A DNA stretch of 64,000 nt. Origin: Candidatus Poribacteria bacterium (GTDB taxonomy: Bacteria; Poribacteria; WGA-4E; WGA-3G). Under the pieces are notes generated by a model that saw nothing but the letters and a program-made list of their open reading frames with translations, did not search any database and was not told where the DNA came from. Made by a program: the position numbers and the translations under genes. Shown piece after piece: positions 41,901-52,648 of this stretch. Numbering within the stretch: the stretch's first letter is position 1; every line of letters begins with the position of its first letter. The stretch lies in the NCBI GenBank assembly GCA_964291315.2, contig OZ219750.1, positions 320,001 through 384,000 of the forward strand. The letters run 5' to 3'.

Positions 41901-42211
41901 ACCCACTGCCAGAGATGCGTTGTCCTCTCGGCATCCGTGTAGATGATAATATGCTCATGCGCAGAGCGGGCCACCTGCTGCTGGATCTTCCGGCGCAGCG
42001 CATAATCGGGGAGTTGTCCGGCCGTGTCTGTTGCGTGGCATTCAAAGACGATCATGCCGCGTTTCTCTGCGACTGCGGAGAGGTGCCACTCGGTGGTGTC
42101 TACGCTGATATTTAGTGCTTGTGTGTAGTGCTCCCACCCGAGTGCTTGGGTGAAGAGGGCGCTAAAGTTAGCAGATCTGAGATAGTCAAGGATTCGTTCT
42201 CGATGAAGCAT
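38941..42211 (-). pseudogene. Type IIG / Eco57I-like methyltransferase-specificity gene in three frames (1-nt deletion at ~40697 and a G9 tract at 40080-40088)
   Basis: YLNGG.F, LGYIFE, GAYYT, DPTCGS|GAFL split, LYGVDI, PLPDIDFNI..GNSL. After the tract the frame continues FHW...F...GGFDVIIGNPPY into ORF 38941-39885 (TRD). Confidence 0.88.
40080..40088 (-). repeat. Poly-G (G9) tract, putative phase-variation switch
   Basis: Minus strand reads AGC GGGGGGGGG TAATC; G7 or G10 restores the frame. Confidence 0.8.
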
Positions 42212-42512
42212 GGACGTTTTTTCCTATTCATTCGTTTTCACACATTATACACGATAACGAGATGGCTTTCAACACAGTTTTTCGGAGGTTGGGGCCGGGT
42301 AGGTTATTGCAGCTAAAAAAGGGGATATCCCTCCGAACGGGGAAATTGTGCTATGGAAGCACAGGAAACCAACAGGTTATGCTACAAGTGCTCCTGCACA
42401 GGCTAATAGGTTATGGTCAGCTATTTATCACCCCACCTTACGTTATACGCAAAAAGCGCGGGACAGGCACGACAGTACCGGAATACAGAATGTCTTCAAA
42501 CGTTATTTTTTG

Positions 42513-42541
42513 TTGACATCTACCGTTAAATCTGATACGAT
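42513..42541 (+). promoter_or_regulatory. Sigma70 promoter for the LamG gene
   Basis: TTGACA-17-TACGAT with extended -10 TG. Confidence 0.65.
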
Positions 42542-42657
42542 AAATACATGTGATATCGAGTGGTGATTTGTGCGTTATCACAATCGAGTGCCCTATAAGT
42601 TCACTATAAGTGAATGTATAAGGGCTTTGAACTAGTAATATCTAACTGGAGGTAAAA

Positions 42658-43470
42658 ATGAAACTTAATATTGCTTTTTCCGGTAAGTTTTGGCTTACAT
42701 GTTTAGTCTTTGTTTTCAGTGTTTGGGGGACCTCTATCGTCTCTGCCGCAATCGATCCCGAGAATGTTGTCGGGTTGTGGCTTTTTGACGAAGGCAAAGG
42801 GAACGTCGCAACCGATGCATCCGAGAACGGATTGGACGGCGAATTCAAAGGGAGTCCGAAGTGGATTGATGATAAATTCGGGAAAGGACTTGAGTTAGAT
42901 GGTAAGTCCGCTTATGTTCAGATTCCGGCGCACGATAACCCGAATGACGCAATCACCGTTTCAATCTGGGTTAAAAGCCTGAGCCCGACTTGGAACGAAA
43001 ACGGCTGGATGGTTGAAAAGAGACCCGCATATATCATTCATCCTAACTCAGGAACCCAAAATGTTTCTTGGCCGGTTTGTAATGGGGGCTGTTGGAATAA
43101 ACCCGGAGAGTGGCGCGACGGCGAAATCGGTCCGGGGGATATTGAAGAGTGGCACATGTACACCACTACTTTTGATAGTGAAAGCGGCGAGTGGTATATC
43201 TATATCGATGGAAAAATGGCGAGCGATATGAAGATCGCCAAAAATCCGCTGGATGCAGACAGCGGCCCCGTCAATATTGGGTTTGACGACTGCTGTGGTG
43301 GTACACGATATGGTTCCGCACTCGTCGATGAAGTCGTCATTTTAGATGTTGCTTTGGAAGAAGCTGACATTCAAGAAATGTATGACCAAGGCCTCTATTT
43401 GTCGGTACTGGCAGTTGAGCCTGCCGACAAGATGACGACGACTTGGTCGAACGTAAAAATTAAGTACTAA
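42658..43470 (+). CDS. Secreted LamG/concanavalin-like domain protein with a C-terminal AVEP..K.TTTW tail
   Basis: Signal peptide, W.FDEG.G...D.S.NG.DG, GK.LE.DG, YIDG, DEV.I. Confidence 0.9.
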   Translation: MKLNIAFSGKFWLTCLVFVFSVWGTSIVSAAIDPENVVGLWLFDEGKGNVATDASENGLDGEFKGSPKWIDDKFGKGLELDGKSAYVQIPAHDNPNDAITVSIWVKSLSPTWNENGWMVEKRPAYIIHPNSGTQNVSWPVCNGGCWNKPGEWRDGEIGPGDIEEWHMYTTTFDSESGEWYIYIDGKMASDMKIAKNPLDADSGPVNIGFDDCCGGTRYGSALVDEVVILDVALEEADIQEMYDQGLYLSVLAVEPADKMTTTWSNVKIKY

Positions 43471-43681
43471 AATAGGTCGCAAGTTGTCTAATATTGAAGT
43501 ATTGAAGTTGTGTGGCGAACGGGCATCCTCGTAGGGCCCAGTGTGTGGGCCGTTCGCCTACATGTGCCGTTGGATACCGCGCCTTATCCTAAGCTTCTGC
43601 TATGGATTCAACACGACCATGAATTGCAGATTTGCTGTACACAATACGGTGTGGTGTAAAAAGTAGGTAACGGAGGAACAG

Positions 43682-44281
43682 ATGTTATTTGACTACGACA
43701 AAGTAGATGGATTTGATGATGAACCACGGGATTTATTGTTAGAGGTAGAAGGGGATCCTGTTAACGTTGACGATGAATTGTTTGAAGATGAAGATTTTCT
43801 TAAAGCAGAACCCGATAGAGTAGATAGAAAAGACGGTGATGGTGATGACAACGATGAGTCCACTTCGGATGACCGAATTGTGCAAATGTGGGGTGGTGAC
43901 AAGTTGAAAGAGGTTGTCTCATCATCTGTGGCTATAGCGGTGCAGCGGAACGCGCTTTTTCAAAGTTATGAACGGAACAACCATGCTTATGCAAATGCTG
44001 TTATAGCCTATTATGAGGAGAAGAATTATCAGCGTGCGATCGAAAAATTTGACGAAGCCATCAAGGATGCGTTCGAACGGACAGTGCACGATCTGACCGA
44101 GGAGCAAGCCGACGAGATCATCGCGAAATCAATGTACTGGCAGGCGGAGGCTTACATCAAAACGCAAGATGTTCCGAAAGCACTTGAGATTTTCAGGTCC
44201 CTCGTTCAAGATTGTCAGGGGCATTATCTTGCGTTGGCTGCACAACGCAGAGTAGACGAGTTGAGTGCTAAGGACTCTTAA
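43682..44281 (+). CDS. TPR-containing protein with an acidic N-terminus
   Basis: Y..A...Y....Y..AI..F and YWQAEAY...A...F TPR patterns. Confidence 0.75.
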   Translation: MLFDYDKVDGFDDEPRDLLLEVEGDPVNVDDELFEDEDFLKAEPDRVDRKDGDGDDNDESTSDDRIVQMWGGDKLKEVVSSSVAIAVQRNALFQSYERNNHAYANAVIAYYEEKNYQRAIEKFDEAIKDAFERTVHDLTEEQADEIIAKSMYWQAEAYIKTQDVPKALEIFRSLVQDCQGHYLALAAQRRVDELSAKDS

Positions 44282-44346
44282 ACCTTAGCAGGTCTTAGTG
44301 CATCGTTCACAGTCCAACATACAAAGAAAAAGGATTAACGAAATCT

Positions 44347-46197
44347 GTGGATACTTTGAAAAACACACTTAAACAAAAGGCAACTAATTTACGGATACAT
44401 TCTATTGCCTCCACATCGGAGGCGGGTTCGGGGCACCCGACTACATGTCTCTCTGCTGCAGATATTGTCTCTGCGCTCTTTTTTCATGTTATGCGCTATG
44501 ACGTTACCGATGCGCAGAATCCGAATAACGATAGATTCATATTATCCAAGGGACACGCCGCTCCTCTTCTTTATGCCGCTTATGCGGAGGCGGGTATCCT
44601 CCCGGCTGACAGACTACACACGCTGCGGCAAATTGATAGTATTTTGGAAGGGCATCCAACGCCTCGGTTTGAATGGACGGAAGTGGCGACAGGGTCCCTC
44701 GGACAAGGCTTATCTCTTGGACTCGGCATGGCTCTCAACGGCAAATGTTTGGAAGCGTCTGATTACCGCGTTTACGTCCTCCTCGGAGATGGCGAGACTG
44801 CTGAAGGCGGAGTCTGGGAAGCGGCGGCTTTAGCATCCCACTACCAGCTCAATAATTTGATTGGAATCATTGATGTCAACGCCCTTGGGCAAAGCCAGCG
44901 GACTATGTACGCCTTTGATATTGATACGTACTGCCGTCGTTTTGAGGCGTTTGGATGGCAAACGATCGGTATTGATGGACACGATTTTGATGAAATTCTA
45001 CCCGCGTTTGCCAAAGCTAAAGCCTCAGTGGATAGTCCGACAATGATAGTTGCTAAAACCTTTAAGGGCAAAGGAGTTTCATTTCTCGAAAACGCAGACA
45101 ATTGGCATGGAAAGGCAGTTGCTAAAGGCGAGGATCTTGATAAAGCGTTAGCGGAGCTCGGCCCCCTGCGTGCAGATGTTCCGCTTCAGATTCAGTCGCC
45201 TCATCTGATAAGAGTAAAGTCAGACAGTGCGATTCCGACTGAGTGTGAGGCCCCAGACTATTTGCCGGGCGAAGCAGTCGCGACGCGTAGCGGATACGGA
45301 ACTGGACTTGCTAAACTTGGTACTGTGAACCGGAATGTCGTTGCCCTCGACGCTGATACGAAAAACTCTACCTATGCAGAGCAATTTATGGCGCTCCATC
45401 CTGACCGGTACTTTGAGATGTTTATCGCAGAACAGAATTTGGTCGGAGCAGGTATCGGTTTAGCGAAACGTGGGAGAATTCCATTTGTTTCTACATTCGC
45501 TGCGTTTTTATCGCGGGCCTACGATCAGATCCGGATGTCCGCTATCTCCCAGGCCAATATTAAATATGTTGGATCCCACTGTGGAGTGTCAATTGGCGAG
45601 GATGGTCCCTCACAGATGGGTTTAGAGGACATCGCAATGTTCCGGGCAATACCGGGGGCAGCCGTGCTCTATCCGAGTGACGCGGTTTCTGCGGAGCGTC
45701 TGGTTACAGAAGCTGCTGCACACCAAGGCATTGTTTACCTCCGCATATCACGTCCAACAACCCCGATTCTCTATGATGCTAATGAAACTTTTCCGATTGG
45801 CAAGTCTAAGATCCTGCGTAGAAGTGATGCAGACAAAGTGACCGTCATAGCTGCGGGTGTAACCGTTCATGAGACCCTTAAAGCGCATGAAATACTTTCG
45901 AGAGAAGGCGTTGCTATTCGCGTGCTTGACCTCTACTCTATAAAGCCGGTTGACAAAGAAGCATTACAGTCGGCAGCATCTGAGACGAATAATATCTTAA
46001 TCACTGTTGAGGACCATTATCCGGAGGGCGGGCTGGGAGATGCGGTGTTGGATGCTGTCGCCTCTGACGGTGTTTGTGTCCATAAGCTTGCGGTTACAGG
46101 AATACCACGCTCCGGAAAACCTGAGGAACTCTTGGAACGCCACGGTATTAGTGCAAACGCTATTGTGCAGAAGGTAAAACAGATCTGCTCACTATAG
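44347..46197 (+). CDS. tkt: Transketolase (~620-aa type)
   Basis: SGHP, SKGHAAP, TGSLGQG, GDGE..EG..WEA, IAEQN, GEDG.SQ. Confidence 0.95.
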   Translation: MDTLKNTLKQKATNLRIHSIASTSEAGSGHPTTCLSAADIVSALFFHVMRYDVTDAQNPNNDRFILSKGHAAPLLYAAYAEAGILPADRLHTLRQIDSILEGHPTPRFEWTEVATGSLGQGLSLGLGMALNGKCLEASDYRVYVLLGDGETAEGGVWEAAALASHYQLNNLIGIIDVNALGQSQRTMYAFDIDTYCRRFEAFGWQTIGIDGHDFDEILPAFAKAKASVDSPTMIVAKTFKGKGVSFLENADNWHGKAVAKGEDLDKALAELGPLRADVPLQIQSPHLIRVKSDSAIPTECEAPDYLPGEAVATRSGYGTGLAKLGTVNRNVVALDADTKNSTYAEQFMALHPDRYFEMFIAEQNLVGAGIGLAKRGRIPFVSTFAAFLSRAYDQIRMSAISQANIKYVGSHCGVSIGEDGPSQMGLEDIAMFRAIPGAAVLYPSDAVSAERLVTEAAAHQGIVYLRISRPTTPILYDANETFPIGKSKILRRSDADKVTVIAAGVTVHETLKAHEILSREGVAIRVLDLYSIKPVDKEALQSAASETNNILITVEDHYPEGGLGDAVLDAVASDGVCVHKLAVTGIPRSGKPEELLERHGISANAIVQKVKQICSL

Positions 46198-46251
46198 CAA
46201 CAAACAGGCGACTATAAACGCGGTTGGAGATCGCGATGAGTGTGTATCTAT

Positions 46252-46614
46252 ATGCGGAACACAATTGTTTGGATTGTGGTCTTAGGGAGCATCCTGCTTG
46301 TAGGCATCGGGATGATTTACGCGCTACGAGTTTCACGTATCGCCCCCAAAACTTATCCAGCTGATAAGGGCCCTAACTTCATTGATGTTACCGACTATCC
46401 GCCTAAAATGCAAGAGTCTTACGAGCTCTTTACCCGTAAGTGTAGTCGGTGCCATACTGTTGCGCGTCCAATTAACGCCAGATTTGCATCAGAAGAATGG
46501 CGGAAATATGTATATAAAATGATGAAGAAGCCAGGATCAGGGCTTACACTGAAAACAGCTGATCGGATAATTGAGTTCCTTGTCTACGATTCACAAAATA
46601 GAGAAAAGAAATGA
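46252..46614 (+). CDS. Small membrane-anchored c-type cytochrome
   Basis: N-terminal TM helix, CSRCH heme motif, distal W..YV..M. Confidence 0.75.
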   Translation: MRNTIVWIVVLGSILLVGIGMIYALRVSRIAPKTYPADKGPNFIDVTDYPPKMQESYELFTRKCSRCHTVARPINARFASEEWRKYVYKMMKKPGSGLTLKTADRIIEFLVYDSQNREKK

Positions 46615-47750
46615 ACATTGCAACATGGAATTACAAAAATCGTTATGCCCTGATGTTTTTAACGTTTACAGTATTGTTCTGCGGGATAGGCTTGCAAATG
46701 GGGAACACCCAAGAGGATGCTATGAAACGCGCCGGTTTTCAGATGTCAATAGATAGTCAGCTTGTGTTATTTACTGCCCCTCCTGTCTTAAAAGAGGGGG
46801 TCTGGTTAGTACCTTTAGAGCGTTTTGCGAAGCAGCTTGCGTTAAAAGTAGAGTATTCCGGGGAGAAGGAGATAGTAACTCTCTGCGGCGGGGAGGAGTC
46901 TGAGCGCTGTGTACTGCTTCGATTTCAAGATGGCATTAACGGGGTTTGGGATATTGATGGTATAACTTATGTTCGACCAGCGACCGTTACAGAACCTTTT
47001 GGTTTTGAAATTTACGAATTCTCACTAAACCGGCTGGAGGTTCTCCGGACCTCACACCTCGCTCCAGAGTTTACGCTCCCGGATCTTCAGAATACCGCTA
47101 GGCGTTTGCGAGATTTTCGCGGAAAAAAGACCTTTCTTTATGTTTGGGGTTCTTGGTGAGGGTGTCGTGAGCAGCTGCCAGGCTGGCAGGAATTTTACGC
47201 CAAACACAAGGAGAAGCTAAACCTTGTCTCTATCGCCCTTGATGCACAAGGTGCCTCTGTCGTCCGTCCTTGGCATGATGCAGCGAACGCTGATTTCGTC
47301 ACGCTTGTTGATTCACAGAATATATTCGGCACTCATTATGCCCTCAAAGCTGTTCCGTACGGTGTCATGATTGATGAGGTTGGACGTCTGGTTAAGGCTC
47401 CTTTCAACGTCAATATTAAGGATGAAGCGACCCTTGTTATGCTTGAAAAATGGCTTTCCGACCCGCACTATAATGCAGTACTGCTTCGTAATTCGAAACG
47501 CTCAGATGATTGGGTTGACCAGACTATCAGTGAAGTTGATGCTCGTTTTCAACTCGGCCTTGTCTTGCTCAAAAGCGGAAAAAAACAGGAAGCGATGGAA
47601 GAGTGGCGAAAGGCACTTGCCTTGGATCCGCACAACTGGATTATTCATAAGCAAATTTGGGCGGTTGAGCACCCTGAAAAATTCTATGAAGGAGCTGTGG
47701 ATTATCAGTGGCAGAAGGCGCAGTTGGCTGAAGAAAAAGGTAAGGAGTAA
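46611..47750 (+). CDS. Selenoprotein: exported ResA/TlpA-like redoxin (W-U-G-C) with a C-terminal TPR, 379 aa by UGA read-through
   Basis: APEFTLPDL...L.DFRGK...WGSW-TGA(47157-9)-GCREQLP continues in frame into ORF 47367-47750. Confidence 0.88.
47160..47189 (+). promoter_or_regulatory. Bacterial SECIS-like hairpin
   Basis: CTGCCA-GGC-TGGCAG at 47175-47189, starting 16 nt after UGA, with G in the apical loop. Confidence 0.65.
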
Positions 47751-48214
47751 AGAAGGCTTCAGGGGGCGCTCTTCTTTTGGGAAAAGCGATTCCCTGTTAA
47801 GTTGGAATATTTTTGCTGGTTTTGTGCCGGTGTTTTTGAGTTTTGTAGATATTTTGTGTATATGGAAGTATTTTTGTTTTAACCGTTGCTGTTGTGACCC
47901 TAGCGGAAATCAGTAAAACAGAAGCGGCTCTTACAGCGATAATCATTTGGGTATTGAGAGCCTGCATCCATGTTGTTTTCCAAGTTGGAGCTGCTTCTTA
48001 GGAACAGATATGTAAGAGAAGTGTAATTGTTAGGAAGCATCTATAAACCTTAGAATTCGTTGCCCACTCAGCTGGCGACAGGAGAAAACTGCATCTACCG
48101 GATTTCAGCAAACGTCCGGATCGAAACTAATAACTATACTAACTGCTGAATGTGGAGTACAGCAGAACGCCCTGACAGAAACCGATTGCTATATAATGTA
48201 GATGGAGGAAAACG

Positions 48215-51200
48215 ATGAACACAAGAGAAGGGTATGCAGAATTACGAGCAAGAATTTTGAATGCACAACGTGTCTGGAAACGCAGCATCTTCTGGACAGG
48301 GGCTGCTATTGTTTTGACAGGTGTTCTGGCTTTGTTTACCGGTGAAGCTATCGTTGATTGGTTGATGCCGCTCCCAAGTTCTGTGCGCATTGCCTTATTA
48401 ATAATGGGTGTAGGTATTACCGGTTATCTGTTGTATAAATACCTTATTCAGCCGCTCCGGGCGTCGCTCACGCTCCGTGATGTTGCCTTGAATGTTGAAC
48501 AGAACCATCCTAACCTGGAAGATAGATTAGTGAGTGCAATCGAATTCGGAAACCGTGAATCCTCTGATCCGATTGAAACGCATATGCTTCAACGTCTGCT
48601 TGAAGATACCACACAGCTGACGAATGGTATTGATTTCAAAGCGACCATTAATCACAGCCGCACCCGCAAACATGTCGGTATAGCGGCTCTGGTTTTTGTG
48701 GGTTGCTGTGTACTCTCGCTCTTATTTCCGAAAGAGATACATACCAGTCTCCTCCGTATGTTCACGCCTTGGGAGAAAACTGATCCGATTTTGGCAACAA
48801 AGCTCACGGTTGAGCCCGGAAATGCTCGTATCCTCCGCGGCAAGAGTCTGCCTATTCACGTCACTGTTACGGGTAAGTCTACTGAAAAGGTTGTTCTAGC
48901 TTATAAAGATACACGGGAACCGAATGCGACAGCCGAACAACAGATTAATATGCCGCAAAATCCGGACGACAAACGTGGATTTGCTTATGAAATTTTCAAT
49001 ATTACTGCGGATATGGAGTACTATGTCGTTGCGAACGAAGTTGTTTCAGAACGCTACACGGTTGAAGTGTTTGATATGCCGCGGGTGACTGAAATATCTG
49101 TTGATTATACCTATCCAACGTATACCGGTCTAAAGTCTGTTGTGCAAACAGGGACAGGCGATATTCAGGCTGTTGTCGGTACATTGGCGGAACTCAGACT
49201 CGTAACAAATAAAGCGATTCAAACGGCGACATTCATTCTCAAAGGGGACACAGGAGTGGAGAAGCCGGAAACTGAGGCAGCGCAAATGGTTATCTCTGAT
49301 GGCAGAACGCTGACAACAACTGTAGATGTTCTTGAGGATGGGACGTATACTATTGAGCTTCTATGTATTGATGGTTTCAATAACGAGATACCGATTGAAT
49401 ATACTGTTAAGGCTATTCCGGATGCTGTACCTGAAGTGGTAATCAAAGAGCCTGGGCGCGATATCAAATCCACAAAATTGGGCGAAGTGGGAATTACTGC
49501 TGAAGCAACAGATGACTATGGTATTGCGGAGCTAAAACTTATATACCGTGTCGGTGCCGGCGAATTACAAGAAATTGCCCTTAGTTCCAATGAGTCACCT
49601 GTTGGTACGGTTGAAGATGGAGCAATAGGCGGTTCATCTGCGCCACGCTTTGTAGATGGCAGTTATACCTTCTATCTCGAGGAGTTTGATGTAGAACCCG
49701 GGGATGTTATCTCTTACTATGCTCATGCTATGGATAATAATAGACGCACAGGGCCCGGTGAAGCTAGCAGTGACATTTATTTCATTGAGATCCGACCTTT
49801 TAATGAAGATTTTCACGAAGGTGAAGCCGAACAAGCACAGGCTGAACCGAATCCCCTCTTAGAGATCGTTGCTTCTCAGAAGCAGATTATTCGAGAGACT
49901 TGGAAGCATACTAATGCTCAACCTACTCCTAGTGAAGAATATGAGTCGGCTGTCAAGCAAACTGCTAAAAAGCAGTCTGATTTAAAAAATAAGACGCAAA
50001 GGTTTGTAGATGAATTGAGCGTAGCTATACAAACAACTGCGCAAGTCTCGCCTGAGATTTTGATGAACTTAGAGGACGCGGTGGCCAATATGCGGCAGGC
50101 GGTTGATAGCCTGAACGTGCTTCGGCCGTCTGAGGCGATACCTCCGGAACAAAATGCTCTTGAGCTCCTCATCAAAGTCAGCCTTGAGCTTCCTAAAGTG
50201 CTCATGCAGATGCGGGACAGTAATCCGCAAATTGCCGAGGACTTGGAACTTGAAATGGAGGATCTTCAAAGTGAACTTGAGAATCAGCAGAATGAGCTTG
50301 ATATGGAAGTGCAGGAACAAACACAGGAGATGTTAGACCAAGCTCGCCAAATGTTAGGGGAGCAACAGCAGTTGAACCAGCAAAGCCAGCAGTTAGGGCG
50401 TGAAGGTCAACCTTCCCCTAGCGAGATGCAGCAGAATAGTCAACAGCAGGGGCAGTTGTCTCGGCAGGCGCAACAAATGGCACAGCAGCTTGGCACTATG
50501 CAGCAGAATGGGCAGGGGACGCAAGGGGAGCGCCTGCATCAAGCTGGTCAAGCGATGCAACAGGCGGGCCAACAGATGCAGGAAGCCTCGCGAAACATGC
50601 AGCAGGAACAACCGCAACTCAGTGCTGCCAAGGGTCAAAAAGCGGAGGAGGGGCTTGAAGAGGCTATTGAACAGTTGGAGAAGGTCGCTGCGGAATTCAC
50701 AGAGGACGCGCTTGATAGGGCCTCCGAACAACTTCAACGGTTGACAGCGGGGCAGACTGATGTCCAGCAAGAGACACACGAACTCAGGAACCGCTCCCAA
50801 CAAGCGGAAATGCGTCCCGAGAATTTCCAACAAGCGTCTGAACTCGCTAACCAGCAGCGGGAACTTCAGCGAGAGTTGGAAACGCTTCAGCGCGCACTGG
50901 GAAACCTTCAGACGCAACTCCACCAAGAAAACCCGGAAGCAGCCCGAAGTGTATCGGATGCCACAAGACACCTCGCGGAAGAACAGACATTGGAAGATAT
51001 GTCAACTGCGCAACGCGCTTTGCAATGGCGGAGTTTCCGCGCAGCAGATCAGAAACAACAAGAGGTGCTGGATGCTTTAAATCAGGCACAGGCGGATCTC
51101 CAGCAGGCACAAGCCAATATGGCAAACACTGAGGAAGAACAACTCGAAGCTGTGCTTCAGCAACTTCAACAAGCCAGAGAACAGATGGAAGATATCCAAC

Positions 51201-51643
51201 GTGAACTTCAATCGATGGAGGGGCAGGAAGAGACAGAAGAACAGCAGCACCGTCAGCAACGACTTGCAGAACAACAACAACAGATCCAAGAACGGATGCA
51301 ACGGGCACGACAGGCGATGCAAAGGCAAAATAATCAGCAATCTGGGCAAGAGGGTGAAACTGAAGACCGAGAGGCACGCGTTGGAGGTAGGGAATCTGAC
51401 CGGGAAATTGATGAACTCTGGCTCGGTATGCTGGATATGATGGACTACCGCCCTGGGAATCGTTCTAACCCCTTTCCTAACTATGAGTTCGTTATTCGTG
51501 ACTTAAATAGGCTTGAAACCGCTTTTGAAGAACGGCTTGATGCTCTTCAGGAGAAAAAGCGACTCACGCAAGTTACTAAGGAGGATGTTCCACCTGAATA
51601 CCGAAGAATCGTTGATAGCTACTACGAATCTTTATCGCAATAA
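48215..51643 (+). CDS. DUF4175-like membrane protein with Ig-like domains and a Gln-rich coiled coil
   Basis: N-terminal TMs, L.DRL.SA.EF, YP.YTG, A.DDYG, and C-terminal VPPEYR..V..YYE.L. Confidence 0.8.
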   Translation: MNTREGYAELRARILNAQRVWKRSIFWTGAAIVLTGVLALFTGEAIVDWLMPLPSSVRIALLIMGVGITGYLLYKYLIQPLRASLTLRDVALNVEQNHPNLEDRLVSAIEFGNRESSDPIETHMLQRLLEDTTQLTNGIDFKATINHSRTRKHVGIAALVFVGCCVLSLLFPKEIHTSLLRMFTPWEKTDPILATKLTVEPGNARILRGKSLPIHVTVTGKSTEKVVLAYKDTREPNATAEQQINMPQNPDDKRGFAYEIFNITADMEYYVVANEVVSERYTVEVFDMPRVTEISVDYTYPTYTGLKSVVQTGTGDIQAVVGTLAELRLVTNKAIQTATFILKGDTGVEKPETEAAQMVISDGRTLTTTVDVLEDGTYTIELLCIDGFNNEIPIEYTVKAIPDAVPEVVIKEPGRDIKSTKLGEVGITAEATDDYGIAELKLIYRVGAGELQEIALSSNESPVGTVEDGAIGGSSAPRFVDGSYTFYLEEFDVEPGDVISYYAHAMDNNRRTGPGEASSDIYFIEIRPFNEDFHEGEAEQAQAEPNPLLEIVASQKQIIRETWKHTNAQPTPSEEYESAVKQTAKKQSDLKNKTQRFVDELSVAIQTTAQVSPEILMNLEDAVANMRQAVDSLNVLRPSEAIPPEQNALELLIKVSLELPKVLMQMRDSNPQIAEDLELEMEDLQSELENQQNELDMEVQEQTQEMLDQARQMLGEQQQLNQQSQQLGREGQPSPSEMQQNSQQQGQLSRQAQQMAQQLGTMQQNGQGTQGERLHQAGQAMQQAGQQMQEASRNMQQEQPQLSAAKGQKAEEGLEEAIEQLEKVAAEFTEDALDRASEQLQRLTAGQTDVQQETHELRNRSQQAEMRPENFQQASELANQQRELQRELETLQRALGNLQTQLHQENPEAARSVSDATRHLAEEQTLEDMSTAQRALQWRSFRAADQKQQEVLDALNQAQADLQQAQANMANTEEEQLEAVLQQLQQAREQMEDIQRELQSMEGQEETEEQQHRQQRLAEQQQQIQERMQRARQAMQRQNNQQSGQEGETEDREARVGGRESDREIDELWLGMLDMMDYRPGNRSNPFPNYEFVIRDLNRLETAFEERLDALQEKKRLTQVTKEDVPPEYRRIVDSYYESLSQ

Positions 51644-51754
51644 TGATTACCGACTGTCGGTTTTTGACCAAAGAGTGTTGTGGCAGGTGAGGACGTTTGC
51701 GATTGCTACATTGGTTACCGACAGTCGACGGCTGAGAGTCGAAACCTCTAAAAA

Positions 51755-52567
51755 ATGGAATTTAACGTTAAAAATATTGTTATACCGGGTGAATGCGTCA
51801 GTTTGGCGGATTACCCTCCTGAATATACTGGAACTTACGAGAAAAAGGATCAGACGAAAAAAAGGCTCCGAGAATTACATAAGCAGCTTCTGAAACTTCA
51901 GGCACTGCTTTATGCTGAAAACAGGCGTGCGCTTCTCATCATTCTACAGGGCATGGATACGTGTGGTAAAGATGGCACCATTCGGCGGGTAATGGCTGGT
52001 GTTAACGTTCAAGGATGTGATGTCGTTAATTTCAAAGCTCCAAACGCGGATGAGCTTTCTCGGGATTTCTTGTGGCGTGCCCATAAGTCTGTGCCATCGA
52101 AGGGGAAAATTGGCATTTTTAACCGTTCGCATTATGAAGATGTTCTTGTTGTCCGGGTGCATAATCTTGTACCAGAACAGATCTGGTCGCGGCGTTATCA
52201 GCAGATTAACGACTTTGAAAAGATGCTCGTTGAAAATGGAACGATTGTCTTGAAGTTTTTTCTTCACATCTCAAAGGATGAACAGAAAGAGCGCCTGGAA
52301 TCTCGGATTAACGATCCAACGAAGCATTGGAAAGTCGAAGCCTCCGATATTCGAGAACGCGCCTATTGGGAGGATTACATGCGGGCTTACGAAGTGATGC
52401 TCCAAAAATGTAGCACCGATTGGGCACCTTGGTATATAATTCCGGCAAATAAGAAGTGGTATCGGAACCTTGTTATCACAGAATGTATTGTTGATACACT
52501 TAGGAAACTCGACATGACGTATCCTGAACCGGCTATTGATGTTACTACACTCAAGATAGACGACTGA
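51755..52567 (+). CDS. ppk2: Polyphosphate kinase 2 family (class III-like)
   Basis: QGMDTCGKDGTI, FNRSHYEDVL, APWYIIPAN.KW. Confidence 0.93.
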   Translation: MEFNVKNIVIPGECVSLADYPPEYTGTYEKKDQTKKRLRELHKQLLKLQALLYAENRRALLIILQGMDTCGKDGTIRRVMAGVNVQGCDVVNFKAPNADELSRDFLWRAHKSVPSKGKIGIFNRSHYEDVLVVRVHNLVPEQIWSRRYQQINDFEKMLVENGTIVLKFFLHISKDEQKERLESRINDPTKHWKVEASDIRERAYWEDYMRAYEVMLQKCSTDWAPWYIIPANKKWYRNLVITECIVDTLRKLDMTYPEPAIDVTTLKIDD

Positions 52568-52648
52568 AGGACACTAGACCTGTGGAAGAATGTCCGCGGT
52601 TCCTATTCTGTTTGACCTTCTAACCAACCGCAACACCAGGGAGAAAAT

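Noticed and set aside
42290-42430. Three AGGTTAT words upstream of the type IIG gene
   Set aside because: Irregular spacing and too short to support an array or recombination site.
44347-46197. Animal-like transketolase as a eukaryotic transfer
   Set aside because: This shorter transketolase type is known in several bacteria, and nothing in the sequence supports recent transfer.
50300-51350. CAG/CAA-rich low-complexity DNA
   Set aside because: Explained by the Gln-rich coiled coil of the DUF4175-like protein.
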